NCBI GenBank assembly: GCA_964572255.1
Contig: CAZNEE010000001.1
Location: forward strand, 203,587 to 267,586
Direction of reading: 5' to 3'
Length of the DNA stretch: 64,000 bases
From: an uncultured Planctomycetia bacterium
Lineage (GTDB): Bacteria > Omnitrophota > Gorgyraeia > Tantalellales > Tantalellaceae
This document shows, one piece after another, positions 56,611-64,000 of the stretch. Numbering within the stretch: position 1 is the first letter of the stretch; each line of letters starts with the position of its first letter. A program made the position numbers and the translations under genes. The notes under the pieces were generated by a model. It worked only from the letters and a program-made list of their open reading frames with translations, did not search any database and had not been told where the DNA came from.

Positions 56611-57603
56611 ATGAATGTTTTAATTATGACAGAGGGAGGCAAGACCAAAGGGTTTGGGCATATCGCAAGATGTATAGCCTTGTACCAGGCTTTTGAAGAA
56701 AAGGGCATTAGTCCTGAGATGTTTATTAATTGTGATGAAACTGCCAATGATCTACTAAGAGGTACAAAATATAAAAACGTGAATTGGCTAGCTGATGATA
56801 CGGAAGTTCTTAATATTGCAAGCAATAAAGATATAGTGATTATAGACTCATATACGGCTGATGAAGATTTTTATGAAAAAATTTCAAAGTTAACAAGAAC
56901 CCCTGTTTATCTAGATGATAATAAAAGAATTAATTATCCGAGAGGCTTGGTTGTAAATGGAGGGATTTGTGCTGAAGAAATTGATTATCCACAAAAAGAA
57001 GGGATTGCTTATTTATTAGGTCCAAAATATATACCTATAAGAAGAACCTTTTGGCAGGTTCAGGATAAAGCGATTAAAACAGAGATTAAGAACGTAATGA
57101 TAACTTTTGGAGGGGACGATTCGGCAAATCTAACGCCAGGCATTTTGCATGTTTTAAATGAAAACTATCCAGAGTTAATAAAAAATGTTGTTATTGGAAA
57201 AGGATTCAAAAATATTGATCAAATAGAAAGAGCAAAGACAGAAAATACGGTATTAATATATTTCCCTGATGCTGAAGATATTAAAAAGACAATGTTTGAA
57301 TCAGATTTAGCTTTGTCTGCAGCTGGACAAACATTGTATGAATTGGCGAGGATTGGGGTTCCCACCATAGCAGTAGCAGTTGCTGACAATCAGTTAAATA
57401 ATGTGAATGGATGGGGAAAAACAGGATTTATTTCTTACGCTGGTTGGTGGGAAGATAACTTATTATATAAGAATATAGGCATCCAAATTAATGAATTTAA
57501 TGATGTTTGCAAAAGAATAAATAGCATGAAAACTGGCAGAGATTTGGTTAACGGAAAAGGCGCTAGAGCTATAGTTGAATTTATTATGATGAGGGAGGAT
57601 TAA
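56611..57603 (+). CDS. pseG: UDP-2,4-diacetamido-2,4,6-trideoxy-beta-L-altropyranose hydrolase PseG
   Basis: MNVLIMTEGGKTKGFGHIARCIALYQAF (GT-B, MurG-like, PseG signature). GGAGG lies 11 nt upstream of ATG 56611. The track's TTG 56587 extension is unlikely. Confidence 0.75.
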   Translation: MNVLIMTEGGKTKGFGHIARCIALYQAFEEKGISPEMFINCDETANDLLRGTKYKNVNWLADDTEVLNIASNKDIVIIDSYTADEDFYEKISKLTRTPVYLDDNKRINYPRGLVVNGGICAEEIDYPQKEGIAYLLGPKYIPIRRTFWQVQDKAIKTEIKNVMITFGGDDSANLTPGILHVLNENYPELIKNVVIGKGFKNIDQIERAKTENTVLIYFPDAEDIKKTMFESDLALSAAGQTLYELARIGVPTIAVAVADNQLNNVNGWGKTGFISYAGWWEDNLLYKNIGIQINEFNDVCKRINSMKTGRDLVNGKGARAIVEFIMMRED

Positions 57604-57604
57604 A

Positions 57605-58300
57605 ATGGAAAATTTAAGAGAAGCATGGAAAGATATTTGGAATGGAAAAGCCCAATCGGAAAACATGTTTGTCCAAATCGGAAGGAGCTCTTATTCTCCG
57701 CTAGATTTTTTATTAATGGTAAAAGATATATGTAAATCATTGGATTTTAATAAGGAAGATATAGTGTTGGATGCAGGTGGAGGCGCAGGGTGGGTATCTA
57801 TAAGCGTAGCTCCTTTTGTTAATAAAGTTGTCTTATTTGATTTTTCCGAAAAAATGATTGATGCGGCAAAGGAAAATACAAAGTTCTATGAAAATGTAGA
57901 ACTTTACCACGATGATTTATTAGTTATGAATAATGTAAAAGATAAGAAATATGCGAAAGTCATAATAAGTTCAGTTATACAATATTTGGAAGATTACGCC
58001 CAAATAGAAACAGCACTCACTAATATTTATAACGTTTTAACAGAGGGAGGGAAAGCTGTATTTACCCATAATCCAGATATGCGAAAAAGACAAGCCCACA
58101 TTGATTCGTACTCTCGACTCGATTGGCCTAAGGAAAAAATTAATGCAGCACTTGCGAAGGAAGAGGAGAGATTGTGGCTTGAAATAGATGAGCTAAGAAA
58201 AACTTGCTCTAAAATAGGATTTTCTGAGTTTTACGAAGTTCCTATTAATCCCAAACTTTGGCAATCAACCCATATGTTAGATTTTGTTGTTAAAAAATGA
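57605..58300 (+). CDS. SAM-dependent methyltransferase
   Basis: VLDAGGGAGWVSISVA motif I. ATGA-type overlap with pseG. Confidence 0.6.
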   Translation: MENLREAWKDIWNGKAQSENMFVQIGRSSYSPLDFLLMVKDICKSLDFNKEDIVLDAGGGAGWVSISVAPFVNKVVLFDFSEKMIDAAKENTKFYENVELYHDDLLVMNNVKDKKYAKVIISSVIQYLEDYAQIETALTNIYNVLTEGGKAVFTHNPDMRKRQAHIDSYSRLDWPKEKINAALAKEEERLWLEIDELRKTCSKIGFSEFYEVPINPKLWQSTHMLDFVVKK

Positions 58301-59016
58301 AGGTATTAATAAGTCAGCCAAGATATTTACCAGCCATTAATTATCTGCAAAGATTATATTTTGCGGATCTATTTGTTTTTTTAAACAATGTCCAAAGACA
58401 AGCACGTGGATGGGAAAATAGAAATAAGATTTTAATTGATGGCAATGAAAAATGGATAACCATACCTGTATCTTCATCTTCTAGGGTGCTTATTAAGGAC
58501 ACGAAAATTTCCGGAAAAGATTGGATAGATGTACATAAGAATATAATCAATAATGCATATCGAAAGCATCCTTATTATGATAAAAAAATCGTTGATCTGT
58601 ATTACGCTGATGTGAAGGAAGCGCTGGAAAAGAATGATTATAGTTTTACCGATTGCCTTGTAAAGTTGACAATAAATGCATGTAAGATATTTGATTTTCA
58701 GCCAAATCTTGCATGGTCAAGTTTTTACGATCGGACAGATGAAATTAAAGGTCCAAAAAAACTACTGGAAATTTGCCGTGCAACAGGAGCCACTACTTAT
58801 ATTTCTGGTGCTAATGGTAGAAAATACGGGATAGTTGATGCTTTTAAGGGCGGAGAGATTGAGGTTAAGTTTCATGATTATGAGTATCCCTTATACGATC
58901 AATTTGGGGGTAAAAATTATGTTCCATGGCTATCTTTTTTTGATCCAATATTTAATGTAGGGTTGGAAACGGTAAAAAAGTGGATTTATAAACAACCGCG
59001 ATTAACAGAAGAATAA
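58297..59016 (+). CDS. WbqC-like family protein
   Basis: MKVLISQPRYLPAINYLQRL is the WbqC-family N-terminus. ATGA overlap. Confidence 0.7.
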   Translation: MKVLISQPRYLPAINYLQRLYFADLFVFLNNVQRQARGWENRNKILIDGNEKWITIPVSSSSRVLIKDTKISGKDWIDVHKNIINNAYRKHPYYDKKIVDLYYADVKEALEKNDYSFTDCLVKLTINACKIFDFQPNLAWSSFYDRTDEIKGPKKLLEICRATGATTYISGANGRKYGIVDAFKGGEIEVKFHDYEYPLYDQFGGKNYVPWLSFFDPIFNVGLETVKKWIYKQPRLTEE

Positions 59017-59028
59017 AGAGGTGAGAAA

Positions 59029-59706
59029 ATGAGTAAAATTCTTATAGTAGCTGCGCATCCTGATGATGAGGTTTTAGGGTGTGGAGGAACAATTGCAAGA
59101 TTGATTAAAGAAGGACACGAAGCTTATACGTTAATTTTAGGGGAAGGAATAACCTCGAGGGATGAAAAGAGAGATGTCAAGAGACGAAAAAAGGAGATAG
59201 ATAACTTGAAAGACCAAGTTTATAAAGCCAATAAAATCATGGGCGTAAAAGATGTTTTTATTAATAATTTTCCAGACAATAGATTTGACGACACCCCTTT
59301 ACTTGATATAGTAAAAGTTATAGAAAAAAAGAAAAAAGAAATAAAACCGGAAATCATTTTCACACATCATTCCAATGATTTAAATATAGATCACCAAATT
59401 ACATTCGAAGCTGTCATTACCGCTGCTAGGCCTCTCAAGGGTGAATCGGTCAAAACAATTTACTCTTTTGAAGTAATGTCATCTACGGAGTGGAATTATC
59501 CTTTAACTTTTTCACCAAATGTGTTCTTTGATATATCAAGCACAATAGATAAAAAGTTAGAAGCTGTCGAAGAATATAAATCTGAAAAGAGGCCTTTCCC
59601 ACATCCTAGATCACTTAAAGGTATAAAATCTAATGCTTCAAATTGGGGTGTGAAAATGGGCGTAAAACATGCTGAGGCGTTTGAATGCATCAGATGTATA
59701 AGATAA
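59029..59706 (+). CDS. PIG-L/LmbE-family N-acetylsugar deacetylase
   Basis: ILIVAAHPDDEVLGCGGTIARL zinc-binding motif. Confidence 0.8.
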   Translation: MSKILIVAAHPDDEVLGCGGTIARLIKEGHEAYTLILGEGITSRDEKRDVKRRKKEIDNLKDQVYKANKIMGVKDVFINNFPDNRFDDTPLLDIVKVIEKKKKEIKPEIIFTHHSNDLNIDHQITFEAVITAARPLKGESVKTIYSFEVMSSTEWNYPLTFSPNVFFDISSTIDKKLEAVEEYKSEKRPFPHPRSLKGIKSNASNWGVKMGVKHAEAFECIRCIR

Positions 59707-59728
59707 TAGATTTTTAGAGGAGAATGTT

Positions 59729-60274
59729 TTGAAAAACGTTTGTCTGAGAGAAACTTTTAATTTTGAAGATGTAAGGCTGAAGAACTTTGTTCATTTAACT
59801 GATGAAGCGGAAATTATCAGAAAGTGGCGCAATAATCCGAAAATCAGGAGATGGATGTTCTCGGATCATATTATAACCCCGGAAGAACATCGGAGTTTTT
59901 TAAAAAAACTTAATGAAGACGATAAGAATTTTTATTGGTTAGTTGAGAATAATGAGGGGATATGTTTAGGTGTTGTTTATTTAAATAAGGTTGATTTTAA
60001 AAATAAAAGTGCTTATTTAGGCGTTTATTCTAATCCAGAAAGTGTGATAAAAGGAAAAGGGCAGGTTCTTCTTAACCATTTGCTCAAAGTTGCCTTTGAG
60101 AAAGCCAATTTATACAAGGTAAAACTTGAAGTTTTTGAGGATAACGGTAGAGCTTTATCTTTGTATGAGAGGAATGGTTTTATTGAAGAAGACAGATTAA
60201 AAAAACATGTTTTTAGAGATGGAAGTTGGTTAAATGTAATTGTTCTGGGATTATTAAATAAAAATGGGAGCTAA
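59729..60274 (+). CDS. pseH: GNAT N-acetyltransferase (candidate PseH)
   Basis: TTG start 7 nt after AGGAGAA. GNAT fold (GKGQVLLNHLLKVAFE). Position between pse genes. Confidence 0.6.
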   Translation: MKNVCLRETFNFEDVRLKNFVHLTDEAEIIRKWRNNPKIRRWMFSDHIITPEEHRSFLKKLNEDDKNFYWLVENNEGICLGVVYLNKVDFKNKSAYLGVYSNPESVIKGKGQVLLNHLLKVAFEKANLYKVKLEVFEDNGRALSLYERNGFIEEDRLKKHVFRDGSWLNVIVLGLLNKNGS

Positions 60275-60276
60275 AA

Positions 60277-61320
60277 ATGGTTAAAAATTTAATGGATAGA
60301 ATAATAGGAAAGAATAGCCGAGTATTTATTGCGGCAGAAATCTCAGCAAATCATGGTCAAGATTTTTCACGTGCTATAGAAATGATAAAAATAGCAAAAG
60401 AATGCGGTGTTGATGCGGTAAAATTTCAGACTTATACCCCTGATACTATAACTATAAATTCGGATAGAAAGATTTTTCAAATAAACCATTCGAAATGGGG
60501 AGGACAGAGTCTATATCAACTTTATGAAAAAGCATATGCACCCTGGGAATGGTTTAAGGAATTAAAAAAAGTTTCAGATGATTTAGGCCTTGTTTTCTTC
60601 TCAACTGCCTTTGATAAAACTGCTGTGGATTTTTTAGAAGATTTGAATGTTCCCATGCATAAGATAGCCTCCTTTGAGTTAGTAGATTTACCCTTAATAG
60701 AGTATGTTGCCAAAACGAAAAAACCACTCATCTTATCAACCGGGATGGCGACTTTACCTGAAATAAAAGAGGCGGTAGAGACGGCCAAGAAAGCTGGAGC
60801 AAAAGATATTATATTGCTCAGATGTGTAAGCAGTTATCCTGCAAATCCGGAAGAGATGAATTTGAAAACAATACCCGATTTGCAAAGAAAATTTAAAGTC
60901 CCTGTTGGCTTGTCTGATCACACCATGGGCACAGGAGTATCGATTGCTGCAGTATCGTTAGGCGCTCAGTTTATAGAAAAACATTATACTCTATCCAGAA
61001 AAATCGATACTCCAGATAATTTCTTTTCGCTTGAACCTCAAGAGCTCAAACAGCTTGTAAATGATGTTCGTATTGTGGAAAGTTCATTAGGTCGGGAATT
61101 CTATGGATTAACTCAAGAACAAAAAAGATCTCGAGTATTTAGACGTTCATTATTTGTAACCAAAGACATCAAAAAAGGCGACTTATTTACTGAAGAAAAT
61201 GTGAAATCTATCAGGCCGGCTTATGGGCTTGATCCAAAATATTTTAAAAGGATTATAGGGAAAAAAGCTAAAAAAGGCATAAGAAGGGGAACACCGTTCA
61301 AGTTAGATTTTGTTGCATAA
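60277..61320 (+). CDS. pseI: Pseudaminic acid synthase PseI (NeuB family)
   Basis: VFIAAEISANHGQDFSRAIEMIKIAKECGVDAVKFQTY. C-terminal SAF domain. Confidence 0.9.
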   Translation: MVKNLMDRIIGKNSRVFIAAEISANHGQDFSRAIEMIKIAKECGVDAVKFQTYTPDTITINSDRKIFQINHSKWGGQSLYQLYEKAYAPWEWFKELKKVSDDLGLVFFSTAFDKTAVDFLEDLNVPMHKIASFELVDLPLIEYVAKTKKPLILSTGMATLPEIKEAVETAKKAGAKDIILLRCVSSYPANPEEMNLKTIPDLQRKFKVPVGLSDHTMGTGVSIAAVSLGAQFIEKHYTLSRKIDTPDNFFSLEPQELKQLVNDVRIVESSLGREFYGLTQEQKRSRVFRRSLFVTKDIKKGDLFTEENVKSIRPAYGLDPKYFKRIIGKKAKKGIRRGTPFKLDFVA

Positions 61321-61336
61321 TTAAATAAGGCTAAAA

Positions 61337-63247
61337 ATGCAATATTTTAAAAGGGATAATTATTTTTTTGTTGCAGACTTTGATCCAACATTTGATTTAA
61401 GCAATGGGGGAATTATCGCTGTAACGCCTTGGGCTGCATATGACCTCGATAAAGCTGGGTTAGAATATGACCTCATGTATGACTATAGCGACGTGAAGGA
61501 TTGTGTTTCGAATCAGGATGAGTATTTTATAGAGCAACTTAATTGGTTCCATAGGTTTGATGCATTTCTTAAACAAGAAATACCATTCTTTAAACAAGAA
61601 AATTTACCTCTTATAGTACCGCATTTTTCTAATTTCAAATGGTTAATTGATACGATTATAATACGGTCTTTTATGATACGTAGATTTTTCAAAAAAACAA
61701 AACCAAAAAAAATTTGTTATATAGTCGAAGAAGAAGGACTGCTCCAAGATAATTCCATTTATTCTTTTAATAATAGGGCCATGAGCATAATAAAGGATAT
61801 CGTTGTTCAAGCTTGCAATGAAAATGGCGTTGACATAGAGGTCCATCAAAAGTCTCCGTCCAAAGAAGTTAAGAGAAAAGTGTCACGATCTGTTCTTAAA
61901 AGAGTTTTAGATAAGAGAGCTTTTGTTGAAAAGATAAAATCTGCTAAGAATTTAATATATTATGAAAAGTATAAAAAAGTTGTTTGTTCTGAAAAAGCAT
62001 TCCAAGATGTAAGTATACTGTTTTTAGATGCAGGAACCAAATCCATAGACTTGGTCATTAAAAATTTCATAAATAAAGGCGCAAAAGTTTTCGTAAAAAA
62101 CCAGCATGGTATATTTCTAATAAGTAATTTCTATGAAAAAAAAGTATGTGATTATGAAATTTCAATAGATGAAAAGATTGTTTCTGAAATAAAAAATTCT
62201 TGTTTGGAAGCATTAGATAAGTTTTTTAATAACACTTCATTGGTAGAGTGGATAGATAAAAAAGCAAATCTTAAAACTTTAGATATCTTTCGTTCTTACT
62301 TCGAAGATTTTTTCAAAAACACCTGTCCGGAATTTTTTATCGAAGCAAAAAATATGAGAAGTTTTTTTGAAAAAGAAAAGATAGATATAGTCATTGCCAG
62401 GGCAAGTACAGGTGGCAAGAATTACCCCAGCGTACTTTCAGTAGCAAATAATATGCAATCCGTTAGAACAGTATGTTTTCAGCATAGTTGTACAATTTTA
62501 GATTTACCGAATTGGTTTCTCGAAGATTTACATCCATTTGATTATTATTTTACTAATGACAGCCTTTCGGAATCTTATTTCAGACACCATGTTAACTACC
62601 CCTATATTAAAAAATGTGAAGTTTTACAAGCTCCGCATTACTTGAAAGATATAGTTGGAGTTAAAAGAGGGGTAAAGAAGAATACTAAAAATAAAGAGAC
62701 GGTTATTTATTTGACCAAGAAATTTACAGATGGCATGTTACGTTTCAATACTTTCGTATATCCTATTACATGGTATTTTGAATTCCAAAAGAAGATAGTT
62801 GAATTTTTTGAACAGAGACAAGATTTTAATTTTATTTATAAAGATTCTGTTGGCCAGGATTGGGCTGAAAAATCCATACATCTTTTTATTAAAGAGAAAA
62901 ACCTTAACAATGTATTTGTAGCGAAAAAACCTTTTGTGGAATATATCAACGTGGCTGATAGAGTTATAATGGATTATCCATCAACAGCTTTTTTTGAGGC
63001 TTCAGCGGCAAGTTTGCCAGTAATGGCTTTTTATTGGGATGTCTTTAAAGAGTGGGGCCCATCTGTGGAATATTTCGATAAAAGCTTAAACAGATTCAGG
63101 ACAGCAGAGGAAGCCATCGATAAGATAAATACTTTTCTTGACGATTCACCAGAAAATTACATTAAAGCTCTTCCGTATTCCGATGGTGATATGATGAAAC
63201 AGTTATTTGAAATCAAAAAACTTAAAGATATGGAGTTAACAAAATGA
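61337..63247 (+). CDS. Large GT-B-like protein with TagB/TagF (CDP-glycerol glycerophosphotransferase)-like C-terminal domain, candidate Pse or polyol-phosphate transferase
   Basis: C-terminal region DRVIMDYPSTAFFEASAASLPVMAFYWD resembles the TagF-family motif ITDYSSVxFD. 636 aa. Directly after pseI. Confidence 0.45.
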   Translation: MQYFKRDNYFFVADFDPTFDLSNGGIIAVTPWAAYDLDKAGLEYDLMYDYSDVKDCVSNQDEYFIEQLNWFHRFDAFLKQEIPFFKQENLPLIVPHFSNFKWLIDTIIIRSFMIRRFFKKTKPKKICYIVEEEGLLQDNSIYSFNNRAMSIIKDIVVQACNENGVDIEVHQKSPSKEVKRKVSRSVLKRVLDKRAFVEKIKSAKNLIYYEKYKKVVCSEKAFQDVSILFLDAGTKSIDLVIKNFINKGAKVFVKNQHGIFLISNFYEKKVCDYEISIDEKIVSEIKNSCLEALDKFFNNTSLVEWIDKKANLKTLDIFRSYFEDFFKNTCPEFFIEAKNMRSFFEKEKIDIVIARASTGGKNYPSVLSVANNMQSVRTVCFQHSCTILDLPNWFLEDLHPFDYYFTNDSLSESYFRHHVNYPYIKKCEVLQAPHYLKDIVGVKRGVKKNTKNKETVIYLTKKFTDGMLRFNTFVYPITWYFEFQKKIVEFFEQRQDFNFIYKDSVGQDWAEKSIHLFIKEKNLNNVFVAKKPFVEYINVADRVIMDYPSTAFFEASAASLPVMAFYWDVFKEWGPSVEYFDKSLNRFRTAEEAIDKINTFLDDSPENYIKALPYSDGDMMKQLFEIKKLKDMELTK

Positions 63248-64000
63248 ATTATCTATGGGTAACTGGAATGTTTCGTTCAGGGACAACTTTATTAGCTAAG
63301 ATGCTAGATGCGCATCCTAAAATAGCGTTTACCTCCGATCCATATAGACCGTATTTTAATGATTTAAGAGATATGGTGGCTAGAAAAAATGGATTATTGA
63401 AAAATAACCTGCCACACATGCCTTTATCAGATTATTTCTGTGACGATGAACAGCTTAAGGTAATGAAGTTTGTTCAGTCTGCGAATTTGGATATGGAAAT
63501 TCCAAAAGGACATCTTGAGGAATTGAAGAATTTAATAGCAAAAAGAGGTATGGAATTCTCACCATTTGTTGCTCAACATGTTGATGAATTAAAAGGAAGG
63601 AATTATTGTGAACTTTTTCATTCAATGATGAAATTAGTAGCAAAATATTATGGAAAGGGAGATGAGGAAATAGTAGGCAGTAAGGAAGTATGGTGTAATG
63701 AATTTACGAGTGTTTTACTGAGAAGTTTCAATGAACTTAAAGTTATCAATATCATCAGAGATCCAAGAGCTGTTTGCGCATCAAGGAATATAATCGGAGA
63801 AAAATATCCGTGGTTATTTCTTGCAAGGCAATGGAGAAAACTTTCAATATTTAGTTGGCTTTTTACAAATTATAGAGAATTTTCCAAATCCCTTCTGGTG
63901 ATTAGATATGAAGACCTTATTCAAAATCCAGAAGAAGTATCAAAGAAAATATGTTCATTTATTGGAGTAGATTTTTCTTATGATATGATCGATGGAAATA
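63244..64000 (+). CDS. Sulfotransferase-family protein (3' end beyond window)
   Basis: ATGA overlap. 5'-PSB motif WVTGMFRSGTTLL and 3'-PB motif RDPRAVCAS. No stop before the window end. Confidence 0.7.
   Translation, partial: MNYLWVTGMFRSGTTLLAKMLDAHPKIAFTSDPYRPYFNDLRDMVARKNGLLKNNLPHMPLSDYFCDDEQLKVMKFVQSANLDMEIPKGHLEELKNLIAKRGMEFSPFVAQHVDELKGRNYCELFHSMMKLVAKYYGKGDEEIVGSKEVWCNEFTSVLLRSFNELKVINIIRDPRAVCASRNIIGEKYPWLFLARQWRKLSIFSWLFTNYREFSKSLLVIRYEDLIQNPEEVSKKICSFIGVDFSYDMIDGN

Noticed and set aside
1-64000. tRNA, rRNA, transposase or integrase genes
   Set aside because: No T-loop (GGTTCGAATCC-like) or cloverleaf candidates were seen. No rRNA-like conserved blocks. No DDE or tyrosine-recombinase-like ORF was found on either strand

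Overview
This is a 64 kb low-GC (about 40%) bacterial window in which every credible gene lies on the + strand. It contains roughly 60 tightly packed genes with frequent ATGA, GTGA and TAATG start/stop overlaps. An LptD/OstA-like outer-membrane protein indicates a diderm organism, possibly from an uncultivated lineage; that is a guess.

Layout, 5' to 3':
1. 1-6.1 kb: a Pel-like exopolysaccharide and c-di-GMP module. It holds a TM-anchored TPR protein, a HEAT-repeat protein, PelF-like GT4, PelG-like exporter and a REC-GGDEF regulator.
2. 6.3-10.3 kb: housekeeping and accessory genes. These are an OCD/mu-crystallin enzyme, a MATE pump and a Nox/CoADR-like flavoprotein.
3. 10.25-15.45 kb, the most unusual region. 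Four small accessory cassettes are each terminated by a short ORF that re-creates the start of miaB (M-x-K-K-V-F/Y-I-R-T-F-G, with or without CQM). They lead into the intact miaB at 15405. Two sequence families of junction follow the shared core TTYGGNTG. A conserved 12-mer, CCGTACGTAAGT, sits where the cassette genes would have a Shine-Dalgarno sequence.
   - Cassette cargo: a beta-carbonic-anhydrase-like miniprotein, an APC amino-acid permease fused to a PTS EIIA-Ntr domain, a COG0701 permease with a redox-active-disulfide protein, and a methyltransferase.
   - Interpretation: I read this as serial site-specific cassette accretion at the miaB 5' end, analogous in spirit to SXT integration into the prfC 5' end or to integron arrays. 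A family of MiaB-mimic leader peptides is the alternative.
4. 15.4-24.7 kb: miaB, cysQ, miaA and hflX (no hfq), then a CIRCE-regulated hrcA-grpE-dnaK-dnaJ operon.
5. 24.7-33.7 kb: FmdB zinc ribbon, VanZ, DUF1015, accD, an orphan MalK-like ABC ATPase, two tandem TM-GAF-GGDEF cyclases and the LptD-like protein.
6. 33.7-52.2 kb: a large nucleotide-sugar and glycosylation locus.
   - rmlA/B/D without rmlC, a UDP-sugar dehydrogenase, an epimerase, a NodU-type carbamoyltransferase, UXS, gmd and a DegT aminotransferase.
   - Two DPM1/ArnC-like GT2 enzymes and four GT-C membrane transferases (two GT39, one YfhO, one unassigned).
   - An unannotated 44-aa TM mini-ORF at 50310.
7. 52.2-64 kb: a complete pseudaminic-acid pathway (pseB, C, F, G, H, I).
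   - It is headed by a strong extended -10 promoter with phased TTGACA repeats and an excisionase-type HTH gene.
   - It also carries extra tailoring genes: two methyltransferases, WbqC and a PIG-L deacetylase.
   - Downstream are a TagB/TagF-like protein and a sulfotransferase, truncated by the window end.

No tRNA, rRNA, CRISPR array, transposase or integrase was found.
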